NCBI GenBank assembly: GCA_051294375.1
Contig: CM119265.1
Span: forward strand, 8,440,772 to 8,504,771
Source: Paraspadella gotoi
Taxonomy: Eukaryota; Animalia; Chaetognatha
DNA: 64,000 nt
Direction of reading: 5' to 3'
In this document: positions 12,852 through 26,386 of the stretch, piece after piece
Layout: the number at the start of each line of letters is the position of its first letter
Numbering within the stretch: the first letter of the stretch is position 1
Program-made: the position numbers and the translations under genes
The notes under the pieces: model-generated
What the model was told of the DNA's origin: nothing
Database searches by the model: none
What the model saw: the letters and a program-made list of their open reading frames with translations, nothing else

Positions 12852-13184
12852 ATGTCTCTCCCGAGCCACCAGACCTGGTCTTATCACCAACCCCTACAGC
12901 AACTGATGCAGCAGCATCTTCAACTGCAGTCGGTCGTCAAGCCGTCAACGCTGCCGACGACGATGGGGCTGCAGCCCGTCTACGAGGCTCCGCTGCTGCA
13001 TCCGAGCATCGGGCATCCCGTCGACCAGACTTTCGTCCAACCGATGATGCAACCGATGAGTCAACGTTTCGGGCAAACTTTAGGTCAAACGGTCGGACAA
13101 CGGATCGGTCAAACTCTGGCTCAGCCAATCGGCGGATTCGGTTTCCTACCCGCCCCCTCCGTCGTTGCTCCTATGTCGTACATC
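12852..13184 (+). CDS. Candidate first coding exon of an unidentified Gln/Pro-rich protein
   Basis: ATG in AAAAC-ATG context, TATTTAAA ~25 nt upstream, 111 GC-rich non-microsatellite codons (MSLPSHQTWSYHQPLQQLMQQH...), strong phase-0 donor ATC|GTAAGT; no downstream exon identified. Confidence 0.55.
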
Positions 13185-13279
13185 GTAAGTTGGGCTAAAA
13201 TCAATGGCGGGAATTTTTCAATAAATAATTTATTAACTTTCTATGGGAACCTAATGAAACGCGACGAAGAAGGAAGCTA

Positions 13280-13327
<48 letters not shown>

Positions 13328-14038
13328 TCTTTAAAGTTCTTCCTTTAGTTCGAAAGGAATTCCCGTGAGGACCAGACCTAATCACTCCCGGTCGTTTAGC
13401 GATTTTCTTTTTCCTGGTTAGATTAATCGTGATGTCTTTTTCTTTGTTTTTTCTACGTCCTCCTTCGTCTGAAAGTTTTATTTTCATTCATTATTTTCTT
13501 TAAATTGATTTCCCAATTTTATTGGTTAAAGTTCATGCACCCTCGGTTCTTATCCTTTACTTTCTTATTTACTTTTTCTCATTATTCAATCCTCATTCAA
13601 TCTGCATCCTCTGACGATTCAAATTCTTATCGTCTTTTCTTCGACCTCCGTCCTCTGGCGTTTCAAACCTGATCTCCTTTGACTATTACTTTCTCCCTCC
13701 CCTCGGTTTCCTACGAGTTCCGAGGAAAAGAGGGAGAAAGAAAGAAAAAAGGAAAAAAAAGAAAGAATTAATATCGTTTGAGGAAGAAAAGAAAGGAAGG
13801 AAGGAGACTTTTTGACTTGAGACTTGAGACTTAAAGAGCCAAATCTTTCGTGCAGTGAAAACAGGAAATCGAGTTTGGAATCTACGGAGATTTTTCTGCT
13901 TTTTTTTAAATGGAGGTTATTAGTCATGGAGAGAGGGTCAGGTGCGGTTAGAGAGAGAGAGAGAGAGAGAGAGCGAGAGCACAAAATAATTTTTTAAGTC
14001 AATTTTTTTAATATTCCTTGGTTTTGGAATCGGATGAC

Positions 14039-14109
<71 letters not shown>

Positions 14110-14699
14110 CACAAAATAATTTTTAAGTCAATTTTTTTAATATTCCATGGTTTGAATCGGATGACGTCACGATCCTGTTTTGATGCCAAACAACATTTTT
14201 CCTCTTTTTTTTTTTTTTAAATTCGCGTTGAATTAGCGTTGAGATTAACTGACAGATTCAACGACTCCCCAATCGAATCAACAATGCAAATACTATATTT
14301 TCCAATTTAAATAATTGCTTTCTTTAAAAATCTTCGAATCGATAAATGTATAACGATTAGATTAGGTTTACATTTCACTTTTCCTCAGTCAAATTTAACA
14401 TATCGTATCCTTTTCCGGCCGTTTAACTCGTTTGAGTCGTAACACGTAACAAATTCCACTCAAGTCGAAAAAGTTGATTAATGATTAACCGCCGACTTAA
14501 AAATTGAAAGAGAGAGAATGTGAATGAGTTGGGAAGAAAAATTAAGATTTCAGATGAAAGATAAGAAAACAAGGGAGTCGGAAAGAATTCCATCAATATC
14601 GTTTTATACATTATCATTATCAATCGGGGGAGAGAGAGAGATAGAATTGAAATTTGGAATTTAAAAAGCAAAAAGATCCGATAGCTTTAGCTTGTACTT

Positions 14700-16700
14700 T
14701 TAAACAGCCTAAATAAGCTACCTTATATCTATGATTTGTAAGTTTAATAGTTTTTTTGAGTTTCATGGTACTGAACGCTGATCAATTCTAAATATTTTAG
14801 TGAGAAATGAGCATGGGCTCTTTCAACTCACAATTAGCAGACATTTTATGCTGTTGGAGAAACCCGATCACCACGCCACAGCGTTGTATTTAGTGATACA
14901 TTATGTATAAAGATATTAATCGATCATGTTAGTGTTGATAATAACTATCAAATAATGAGTTTAGTTTTTATATATTTGTTTTTAATTCTTGCGTAGCAGA
15001 TATATTGTTTGTACGTATTCAGTAAGTGGATCATGCTTGCTCATGCCAATGGCAATATTTTGATCTTATATGAAGTAAAACTTATGAAAGACTTTAATTG
15101 CTCGTAATTGTATTTCAAATTTTTCCAGTGACTAAGAAACCACAGATAATAAACATGGTGTGAATAGTAAAAAATGTAACTACTAGGTGATGAAATAGTT
15201 GAATGAACTAATTTTAAAAATAAATCTTCGTGTAATATAAAGAGAAAATTCTATTAATTTGGTAAATATTTCGACTTTGCTTTAAAAAATAAGTCATTAA
15301 TATGGCGGTTGTCCATGTAAGTTTCGTCAATTTCATCCTAGAAGTATATACTGTGTCACAAAACAGGGATTCTCTCATTGAATAAAAAAAGTTTACATCA
15401 TAGTTTTTTTAAAGAAGGACATCTTGTAATAAAGGATACATTTAGATTTTGCTGGGCATAGTCCTTAAAAACACGTGTTGCACCATTCATCCAGAGATGA
15501 AGGGTCTGCTTGTAGAGATCTACACGCGTGCATCATAGTTTCCGTGAGACTTGACCAGGCCAGAAGAGTCATCGGCAATAATTGTGAGGCATTATCTAGT
15601 GACCTTGTGTCCTTAAGGTCGATTGTTAGTGGTTGGTTTGGTGCACATGAACTAATGATTTTGTGTATAGCAAGTGGTTTTATGATAGGGAGATCCTCTA
15701 TATAGAAGCGCAAATAGTTTCGGATTAGGACGTGCTCCTTGTGGTGAGGCACACAGAATGTCCAATCAAATCAGGAACTTTCTCACGTGAAACAACGACG
15801 AAATTTTTCTTATTTGTCAAAAATGAGCAAATTATTTTTTAACATGCCATATATAGTTTAAATTGATTATGTATATGAGAACCTTGTCAGCGCAAATGTT
15901 TGTCAAAATAAGAGCATTTTGCATAGTCTAGCGTGACAAGGATATGTTGCCACCTCTATTTTTGAAAACCAAAATGCGCATCTTCAACGAGACGAAGTAT
16001 GTTTTCAGGTTGCGGATCTTCCTTTTTTAAAACTCTGATTGTAATTCGCGTCTTTTGTTTCCTATTGTTAAGCGCATCATAATTAAACCCTGGTAAAATA
16101 AGTCTTTCAAGGAAGCTTACCGAGCACAGAAGCAAGCCTAATTGGTCCTGTATTTCGAGGATTGGGTTGATCTTACCCTGCTAGAATTACACGGATATTG
16201 CATTTTCGCAAGTATCGTGGGAGAAGTAGCCAAAACTTGAAGCAAGAGCAAAATAATGGATGAAAGGATTTTAACTTGTATTGAAGAAAAATTTTTAACA
16301 TGTTGTGAGTAATTCATCATGTCCGGTGCAGATCTTGTTTTCAGATTTTAATAGTCTCATGATATTTAGTGGCTTTAATGTGTCTTTAATAAAGTCATTA
16401 AATTCTGGGTCATCAAAAACATTTCCTTCACTGCCGGTTGAAGAATGTTTGAATATTCACTGATTTTATCTTCCCACAATATTTTTAACCCACTCGTCAT
16501 TTCGCTGGAGGGAACTGAGTTTTGCCTGCGTAATGATGGATTTCAGATTCGGCACGCATGAATTTCCAAATTGCCCTTTGTGGTCACTGTTGAGTACCGT
16601 CGGCCTTTTTAAGGCATAGCTTCAGGTGGAAATCTTGTCTTTTGAGGTTGTTATTTCATTAATAAGTTGTCCACTTTTTTTGCTGCATGGCTCTTCTCCG
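14700..16700 (-). mobile_element. Decayed non-LTR retrotransposon (LINE) ORF2 reverse-transcriptase fragment
   Basis: Minus strand with frameshifts gives RT motifs in order: SAPGHD...HNML (~16330), YRPI.L..VLGK..ERLI (~16150-16100), Q..FKKGRS..ENILRLVED (~16040-15980), TLD...FDK (~15930-15900), ADD of the YADD box (GCCGATGAC at 15576-15568), LDEWCN, LG...KLTW...HI (~15340-15300). Boundaries approximate. Confidence 0.75.
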
Positions 16701-17261
16701 GCTAAGAGTGTCATTTGCTTTTTACGGTAGTATGCACTATAAAGTCTTTTATTTTATATATCGAGAGAGAGAGAGAGAGAGAGAGGAAACGATAAAGTCC
16801 ACATCCATCTCTTCTCCATTGTGTCGAGGGAATTTTTCTTTTTTCCCCCACGCGAATTCAATCATATTTTTCCTTTCTTTTCCTCTTTTTCCTTTTTTTA
16901 ATGCCCTTTTTATTTATTTTTTTACAAGTTGTACTCGGCGGTCGCCGAAAACCTTTAGTTCTTCTTCATTTTTCGTTTTTCTGCTTCTAGATTTAATCTT
17001 CAACTTTTTTTCCCCTTTTATTTCCTATTAAATGTTTATTTCTCTTTCTAAAATTTCGTTCTTCTTCCCTCTTTTGCTCTTCTCGCTCTCGCATCGTCTT
17101 TCCCCGAAAGAATTGTTTATTTGGGAAAAGTCATCGTCGTTTCTGTTCGTTTTTACGAGACTTCGTTTTATATCGAGTTTACTTTAGTCTCGCGACCCGA
17201 AAATAAAAAAGAAAGAATTTGTTTTCTTCTTCGTTTAACTTCAATGATACACTTTCAAAAT

Positions 17262-17316
17262 TATGAAATTGGTACAACCAATATAAAAATTATCCATTCA
17301 TTTAATAAATAAGCTA
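17262..17316 (+). repeat. Short dispersed repeat, second copy at 24452-24506
   Basis: TATGAAATTGG(T/A)ACAACCAATATA(A/T)AAATT(A/G)TCCATTCATTTAAT..ATAAGCTA at both sites. Confidence 0.7.
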
Positions 17317-17518
17317 TCTTGCCCCTGACTTTGGACAACATAATGACCAAGCTTTCAATCAAGACTCTCTCACAGTCTCGTTTATTCGCTCCCAGAGTAC
17401 CTGGCTTCCCAAGAGCTCCACTCTACAACATGGCTCTAGTACAATCGTCACGAGTGCGCTTCTTTCCACTCCACTCCTCTTTCACTCTACTCCACACCTT
17501 GCCACTCCTATTCGATCA

Positions 17519-17554
<36 letters not shown>

Positions 17555-17690
17555 CTCTTTCTCTCTCCCTCCCCCATTCTTTGGTCGACTCGTCGGCAAA
17601 ACGATGATTCAGATTTCCTCCATAGAACCGTTTGACGCGCTCCTTATGGGCGCTAAAAGCTCTCAATCTCTCTCTCTTTCTTTCTTTCTC

Positions 17691-17770
<80 letters not shown>

Positions 17771-20700
17771 TGAAAATTAAAAGAATCCTTTCATTTCGCA
17801 TTATAAAAGGAAAAGCAGAGTTGGTGAAATGAAAAAAAATGAAAGAAAAAAAAAATGATGGAAGAAAATAATAAAGGGAAAGAAATAGACGAAGAAAAAT
17901 ATAAAAAGAAAGAAAGAAAAAGAAAAAAGAAAGAAAGACATTAAAAATAGAAAGAAAATACCAAGTTTATAAAAAAAACAAAAAAAAACCAGAATGTCGG
18001 AGAGTAGACAGTGGGAGTGAAAGAAAATTTCTGTCCGGGTCGAAATTAAAAAAAAAAAAAATTTATGGTTTCCACACACATTTCATTCCCTCATTCATTT
18101 ATGAATATCCGACTCGCGTCTGTTCCTCATTAATTTCAAGGATCCTTTGGGTCCAAATTACTTCGAGATGAATTCATTTTTTTTTGGTGGTCGAGTTCAA
18201 AAAGGCGGAATGTACGAAGTTTCTTTTCTCCTCTATCGTTTCACAGTTTTACCGTCGGTCCGAATATAAATCAGGCATGAGAAAGATCATAAACAATAAT
18301 TGGTCGTACCGTGAACTCTGGATTTAAGGACTCTCGACTTGGAAGAGACCGAGTTTTTAAAAAGGCGGAAAATTTTAGTTTATTTTACTAGCAACACGAT
18401 ACATACAAATCCCCAGCGCGTCGAGTACATTTTTTTTTCGGTTATTCTTCGTTGGTTTAATTGATTAAAAAAACATAAACAAATGAAGGTCAGACGATGA
18501 TTAAAAGCTGTGAATCTGAAGGGATTGCCTTCTCCAACTGTGAATCTGTGATCGTTGATTGCGGTGGTTTGACTCGCGATTTCGTCACGAGGTCACGATT
18601 CAAGAGCCTCATGAGATTCACACGGAACCGAGTTGAGGTGTGAAAGGGGTGGGGGGAAAGAGGGGGGGGGAAGGGTCGGGACTGAGGAAGGGTAAGGGTT
18701 GAAGTAGATAATGAAACACCTTTAGAAGAGGAAGACAAATGCAAAGCAAACAGTGGGAAGGAAAATGACGTCAAGTCTCCAAATTTTAAACTTTTCAGCG
18801 TATTTCTCAATAATGATCAATATTTAAACTTGTAAAAGTATTATTAATGAGTAATATTCGAGGCATTCGTTGAGTTAATAATTATTGTCTGATTTGAAGA
18901 TAAATTACGTCCTAGAGAGATATTTAAAAAAAATGTGAACGGTACGAATCGTATTGCCTTGTGCTTTGTTTTGATTTGTTTGTTTTTAATTAAAACAGAA
19001 AAAAACAGTCTTACTATTACAAATACTACGTCACTTTCTATTTTAATTTTTATACTTCCTCGTTTAAATGGTTTTTAAATTTAATTCGAGACAGAGTGCG
19101 ACAGGGCTCGAAGACCAATTTAATCTCGAAATCTAGAACCGAGAGAAATAAAAAAAATATAACGAAAAAACTAAAAAAGTTGGAAAGAAATTGTAAAAAA
19201 AAAGGAGTTAAAAAAAACCTGTTTTAATCAAAATGGGAAAAAATTCTGAGCTGTGGTTCGGATTCCGAAGTCCCAGTAGCTGGGTCTTGAACAAACAGCA
19301 AAGTGTTTGCAGGGTTTTTAAACTGGTTAAACCAAAGTAAAAACTCATCTTTAAAAATAGAAAAATTAATAGTTCGGCTACTGTGAAGTGAGCTCCTGTT
19401 GTTTTTGTAAATGTAATTACTACGTTCGGTTCCTGTGCCCAGAGCATTCTGAAGGCCTGGTGAAAGGGGATAAGTTTGAGAAAAGGAATTTATGGAAAAG
19501 CATCGGATGGAGAAAAGAATCGGTTGAGACGCCATTCAGAGTTCGGAGAAACAATTGGGTAAGTGAAGGAGTGGGGGAGTGAGGTCTGGGATAAGTTGGA
19601 GGCCAGAAAGAATGGAGGGAAGGAAAAAGCAAATGCAGAAACTGAAACAATCAACGTCAAAACAAATTTGTCGCCTGAGGTCGTCGGCTACGACGACGAC
19701 AACGACGACGACGACGACGACGACAATGAAAACGTCGAGAAAAGGCAAAGAAAAAGTCAAGCACCAGAGGAAAACTTAGAGAACGACTAGTACTACGTAA
19801 AAATTCTGTCAAAAGCAGCTAAATCAAAAAAAGTTTGGTTGTGAAAAAGTGGCCGTCAAAACAACGGAGCAAAAACCGCGGTGGAAGGAAAAAGGAAAAA
19901 GTGAAAAAAAACCCAAAAAACAACAACAACAGTCGCTTTAAAAACGGATATTACTCAGAGAATACCTAAATAATTATAACCTTTTTTTTTAAATGGCTTG
20001 ATTATTTTGATGCACTCGTCTTTGGTTTTTGGTTTTCTCCTTTCAAATCAGCCCTTCTCCTTGTTTTGATCCGTTTAATCCCGGGAGTTAATATCCGTTT
20101 TTATTATTTGTTTTTTCCCTTTAATTTTAGTGACTCGAGAAAATACGCTTTATTAGAATAGGGTGAGACGGCGTGAAAGAATTCGTCGTCGTCGTCGTCG
20201 TCGTCGTCATCGTCGTGAGATCATCTCTGTCAATATTCCGCTCATTTCGTTTCTGTGGAAAAACGAATGATCATTTATTAAATCGTAAACGTCGTGGTTA
20301 TCGCTTTTTTTGTCATTGTGTGGTCTTAACATTTTTAAAGAAGTTATTGTGATTTTGATCAGAGTATCATCGTCGTCGCTAGCTTCGTGGTCGTCGTTAT
20401 CGTCGTCGTCGTCAGTCAGAAATTCTCTGGAGTAGCTCCCGGCTCCGGTTCGCGCGCGTTTTTTTAATTCGAATCATGAATAATTCTTCTCGTTTACCTT
20501 TTTTTTCTCGCAACGAGCGGTGATTCTTGACGAACTTCATTTCCGAAAAATCCTCGATGTGTGGTCCAGACGGAGAAGAGTTTTCACCGTGGAGAGATGG
20601 TGGGAGTCAATATATAATAGATAATATATTTATTATATATTATATTTATCCCTTTTCAAAAAGTGCACATACGTGGCATTACTGTAGTACGCTGACGACT

Positions 20701-22766
20701 GAACGGCAAACACTGACAAGTATTCAAATAATTTTTGCAATTTTCATGACATAAACTTTAGCAATGACAAAGAAGGTGACAACGACCTATTTCGGAGAAA
20801 ATGAAGACCCTAACGACTAATTTCTACTACAACGACGACGACTCGGTTGTCATCTCGAAAATTATTCATCGTTATCATTTTCGTTACTGAAGCTTTGAAT
20901 TTCTCTTCCTTGAGAAATATATTCGTTATGCATTATTCATAATTCATTAAGTATTTCTGAACGAGGAAATGTGTCGAATAAGGCTGGGCTAGTGGAGGGG
21001 TGAAGAGAAGGATAATGACTTACAATGGGAGGACATTTGGAAGTAGCGACTGGCTAATCCTCCATGGGAATTGAAATGGAAACATGGAAGGGAGACAAAG
21101 GAAAATGGGAACGTTACTTATGTTAAATATTTATATATTTATATATTTATATTATGAAAAGCTAGTGCAGAAAATGAAAAATACAAAGAGAGAAAATAAG
21201 TGTTTTAAAAAAGTATTTAACTAATGAAAATTAAAATCCGTGATTGAAATTTTTTTTTTATCGAAAGGTTTAATTTAAAAATATCCTCCATTCATCAAAG
21301 GCAAAGATAAACTAAGCATTATTTAGAAAATTCGGCTCAAAATAAAACAAAAGAATTTACGAAATAACCGATTGCGTGACGTTGACCGCCGTCTCTAAAA
21401 GTTGATACAAAACGGTCATTTCTCGGAAAAGATGAGGAAACAAAAAATGAAAAGCGAGGAAAAAGGAAAGCAGTCAAGAGAGATTATTGAATCTGGAAAG
21501 AAAAAGACAATTAGGACATTAATCAATTTGGGTAAAAAGACCTAAAAATTATCATTAACTTTAATACCTTTAACAATATTTGATAACGAATTACTTTTTT
21601 TTTTAATCCGAAGACGCAAGAAATTCGATACCCGAAATCGATGACTGTGGAGAATCTGTGGAGAATCAGGAAAAACAGAAGAGCAACGGGATCGAGGCGC
21701 GAAGATTTAAGAAGAGAATGAGCGATTAACCTTGAGGATTTTCTTGAGGGGAAGAGGTTGATGGATGAGGGGGCAGGAAAGGAGGGCGGGGGGGGGGGAA
21801 GGGGGGTAAGTGGGGAGGTAGATGAGAGAAGGAGAGGATGAGATGGTGGAAATTAAGGAGGAGGTAAAGAATACCGCGGAAGATATAAGATTAAAGATAA
21901 CTTTAGCATATTAGATTTTTTTAGCATTTTCGCATGTTACATTTTTGTATAATTCTCTGAGAATATATCTTTCTTACTAAACATAGAAAAGTCAGGTGGA
22001 ATTACAAGTATAATTAAAGTTGTTAACTAGCAATTATGATAATTAAATCATTAATTATTTAGCTATTAATTGAACCACAAACAAAAATGATCATTTACCA
22101 ATGTAAAATATTAATATTAAACCTTTAGTGCAATAGAACAAAAATTTATTAAAGCTTAATCAGAATACGACAATATGCAAATGAGATTGAGGAACTCAAT
22201 CTCATTTGATATAAATCCACAAATTAATCTGCTACATTTGTATATAAAAGAAACTCAAACTCAAAAATGACGGTTTATTAGGATGAAAATTAGAGTTAAA
22301 TTCTTTCACCCTTACCCGATACAACATAATCCGCTCGCCAAGTCGAATCGATAAAAGCAGGGAAGGCGGTTGTATGAGAAAACCGTCTTGCGTGGAATAT
22401 GAGACGTGGAAGCCGGTTGATGGTTATTGGATGTTGTACATGTCTGGCGTCGTTTCCATGGAAAACCGAGGCCGGGGTGGGTGAGAGAGGCGAGGGGGGA
22501 AGTCACGTGACGACGAGACGCAGGTGGATCGTGTGTTGACGGAGATGAAAGCGCACCGAAGGAGGGGGGAAGGAAGAGGATTAGAGTGGAACAAAAATTT
22601 TGAATATGTCAAAGAGAATTATCCAATTTATTCGAGGCTCGAGGGGAAAAAATTGTGTTGATTCTGAAAACTCTTTTCTTCGAGTCTTTCGACCTTCGTT
22701 AAAAAAAGAAGAAGAATAAAAAAAAAAAAGGAAAATGGGAAATTGAGAGACTAAGCTTCTTCCTTT

Positions 22767-22856
<90 letters not shown>

Positions 22857-24856
22857 CTCTTGTCAGGTTATTACTTTTTTCATTAAATTTAGGAGAGTAA
22901 AAAAAAAATAAGGTGATTATGATTCCAGTTTGCGTTTAGGGGAAAAAAAAAGTTATTCCGCTAAATTTAAGAAAATAATCAACTGTGGGCGAAATTGAAT
23001 CTTTGCGCGAGAAAAATGATATTCGGGCGAAATTAGGTTTTATATTGGGCAATGGGCATGATTAAAATATTAAAATATTCAACTTAAGTTGTTCCGTTTA
23101 CCGGTATACGTATTATTGTAAATTGTAAATATTTAATTAATTAAAACATTAGTTAAATTAGTTAAATAGTTGTCTCCGTAATGTTTTGTTAAAACCAACA
23201 AGGATGAGAAATATTCTTTATAATCCCCATGTTGGTTGCAATTTCAACGTACTTGCACTGGCTGTGTAATTTAATTTACGGTGGTTAAATTTTTTCTCCC
23301 GATTCATGAATGATGGAATATTTAATGGATTTAGAAAAGCGTATAATGAACCGTAAGAAATTGGCCTTTGTCACTTTTAATCTTTCCCGCTTCTTCCGTT
23401 TATTTCCTACAAATTCCTGTCTGACTAAAACTCCTCCTCCCAGCGACAAAGACATTGACAAATGACAACTCATGGCACAATTCCGACAGCTAAAGCGTCG
23501 CTGTTCAATTGCGAGGACGAAACCAATAAAATACTCGGAAGAAACGTGACAAAGCAAATCAAAATCCGTTAACGGAGAATCGATGAACTATAGAAAAAAA
23601 ATGATTTGAGAAGAAATACTATTGAAAAATTGAGAAAATGAGAAAATTGCAAAAAAAGAAATCTAAAAAATAAATGAAAAATTGAAGTTTGAGGGGAAAA
23701 TGAATCGGAAGTTCAAAACACGAAGATGGATGGATGTATAAATGAAGGAGTGAATGAATGAAAGAATGAATGAATGAATGAATTAATGAATTAATAAAGA
23801 AATAAATGAATGAATGAATAAATAAATGTATAAGAGAAAAAAAAGTGAAGAAAATTTAAAAAGAAGAAAAGAAAGACAAAATGAAAAAAAAGCAAAAAAG
23901 AAAGGGAGATGCGAAATAACTGCGTCCTAGTAAAAAACAAAAAAAGCAATGAAATTTTCTAAAATATTTTGAAAGCTCGTCAGCGTCGTTGTCTTCGTCG
24001 TCATCATCGTCACGCTCTGACTTTCCCGCAAAAGTCTTCAATTTCCTTTTCCAAAGACGAACAATTTTTTTCCTTCTTTTTGTGGATTTTCCTTTTTCGA
24101 AATTCATGAACTCAGTTTTCTGAATGATGCGCCTCTATTGAAAAAAGGGGAAGACGCTTAAAAGCAGTCGTTCTCGGGAGGTTTTTTTTGGTTGAAAACG
24201 GCAGATGGCTCTAATTGGTTTGACACTGGACCCTGTTTTGATTCCAAAAGATCTCTTTAGCCTCATTATAACCTCAATCGTTATTTAAATCACCTTTTTG
24301 AGGGCTGCTTAAAATTGAACGGCTTCTTTCTATTAAAAAAAAATATTTCTGTTTTTTTTTTTTAAATACCTCCGGAGCAGATAATTAAATTTAACGAAAA
24401 GAGCAGATATATTGTAATTATAATCTCAATATAAAAGAAATGCCGCAAATGTATGAAATTGGAACAACCAATATATAAATTGTCCATTCATTTAATCGAT
24501 AAGCTAATTTTGGACAGGATATGCAGGGTTAAGCCTCTATCCCTCTTACAAGATAATAACAAATAATTTTAAGGAATTCTTATTTTTCAAAAGTTAACAC
24601 CCCGCCCTCGTGTCCAAAGGCCGACTTTGTTTACTCAGACAGACACTTGAAAAAAAAATCCGTTTTTCATCGGCCGCTCTTCTCAGAGAGTGTCATGATA
24701 ATTGACATTCAAAAATGTTTACGCTACTTTTTTTTTCGTGGTTTAAATTGTGATATATTTTTTGACGGGAGAGAAAATCGGAGATAAAAAACGAAGTCGA
24801 CGGTGAGAAAAACGTCAAGTCGCCGATGGCGTCGCTTCTGTCTTGACAAATGAACA

Positions 24857-24942
<86 letters not shown>

Positions 24943-26345
24943 CGATAGAGAAAGAGAGACAGAATCGGACGTGATACTTCTCCAAGTCTATCTGAGTCTA
25001 TTAGTGGAGATAAATGGAACTCAATCTCAGCAAAAAAAAAAAAGGAATCGAGAGAGAAGTTGGTTGATAAATGAAATAAATCTAATCGGTTTTATAGTTC
25101 ACTAACAGTTTAATAATTGATCATTTCGATATGTCTCGAGCCGTTCTAAGAAAATTTTATGTAGTGCCGACAGATATTGTCAAATGATAATTATGTCTTT
25201 AAATTCGATTTATCGTTTTTTTTTAAAGGTTTTCGGTGCTTGAATAAAACGAGACCTGAACAATAGATTTAAAAATTACTCAACCCACGAGATTTTGTAT
25301 AATCTTAATTTTTGTCTCGAAATTTCATTAACCGAAACGAAATTCATGAAAAGAGGCAGATCGTTTTTTTTTTTTAAATTTTCTGCCAGCGATTAAATTT
25401 TACGATCGAGTTTAGTTTTCGTTGTCGTTTTTCGTTTTCACCGCTGCTGTCGCAGTCGTCGTTTTCGTCGTCGTCGTCGTCGTCGTCGTTATCTTTCAAT
25501 TTTGTTTTTGTTTTTTGTTTCCGCAAAAAGAAGCCTGGAAATTCTTGTCGAAATCTCGAGTCTTTGAAGAAACAATCGGAGGTGATCCTTTGAAAGCCTC
25601 GTTGGATCTAAAATCTAAAAGGGGCCTGAGATGCGAGCGGTTTTCTACTAACCGATGCCTGAAATTGAAAAAAAAAAAAATTACAATGATTCTTTCATTG
25701 TTTGAAGTACAAAATTATAAAATTATTTTCGTTTTTAAACATTAGATGATTCGAGTTCTACCGCTCCGTTATTTCGGGTCAAAAGTCGACCTCGAATTAG
25801 CGAAGAAAAGTTGTAAATAACGAGCGAGGCGGGCGAGACCGAGAGATGGCGTACGACGGATACGAGCGTCTGCTCGATAGAGGTGGGAGGTGGGAGGGAG
25901 CAGGTGGGATTTGGGATGGCGGAAGTGGTAAGGTGGTCTCGAGTGTCAGAGGTGTTTTTGGTTTAAAGAAGAATTTGAAGGAATATTTTTTTTAACTAAA
26001 AAAAAAAAACAACACTTTTCAATCAGATTTAAAACTTAATTTAGATGAAAATAAAATATTTATATTTACTTTAAAATGATAAAAGCTTTATTTTAATTTT
26101 TTAAATAAATAATTGAGATTGCCCTTTTATTTTCCTTCCACGGCCCGGGAATAGTAAGAGTTCGCAAATTCAACTGCGGATTCCCTTTTATCTTCGCGCG
26201 CGAGTAGAAAAGAGAAAACAAACAAAAGGCATTTTTTTTCAAGATGGCACCGGCGACAACTGTTTTTTATTAGAGCGAACACGTTCCTTTTTTAGGTTTC
26301 AATAAAAAAAAATGTAGATGGTTGAAACAATAAAAGTTATTTTAT

Positions 26346-26386
<41 letters not shown>

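Noticed and set aside
8208-18773. Isolated perfect CRE sites TGACGTCA (8208, 14162, 18766)
   Set aside because: Scattered singletons are expected in GAC/GTC-rich sequence
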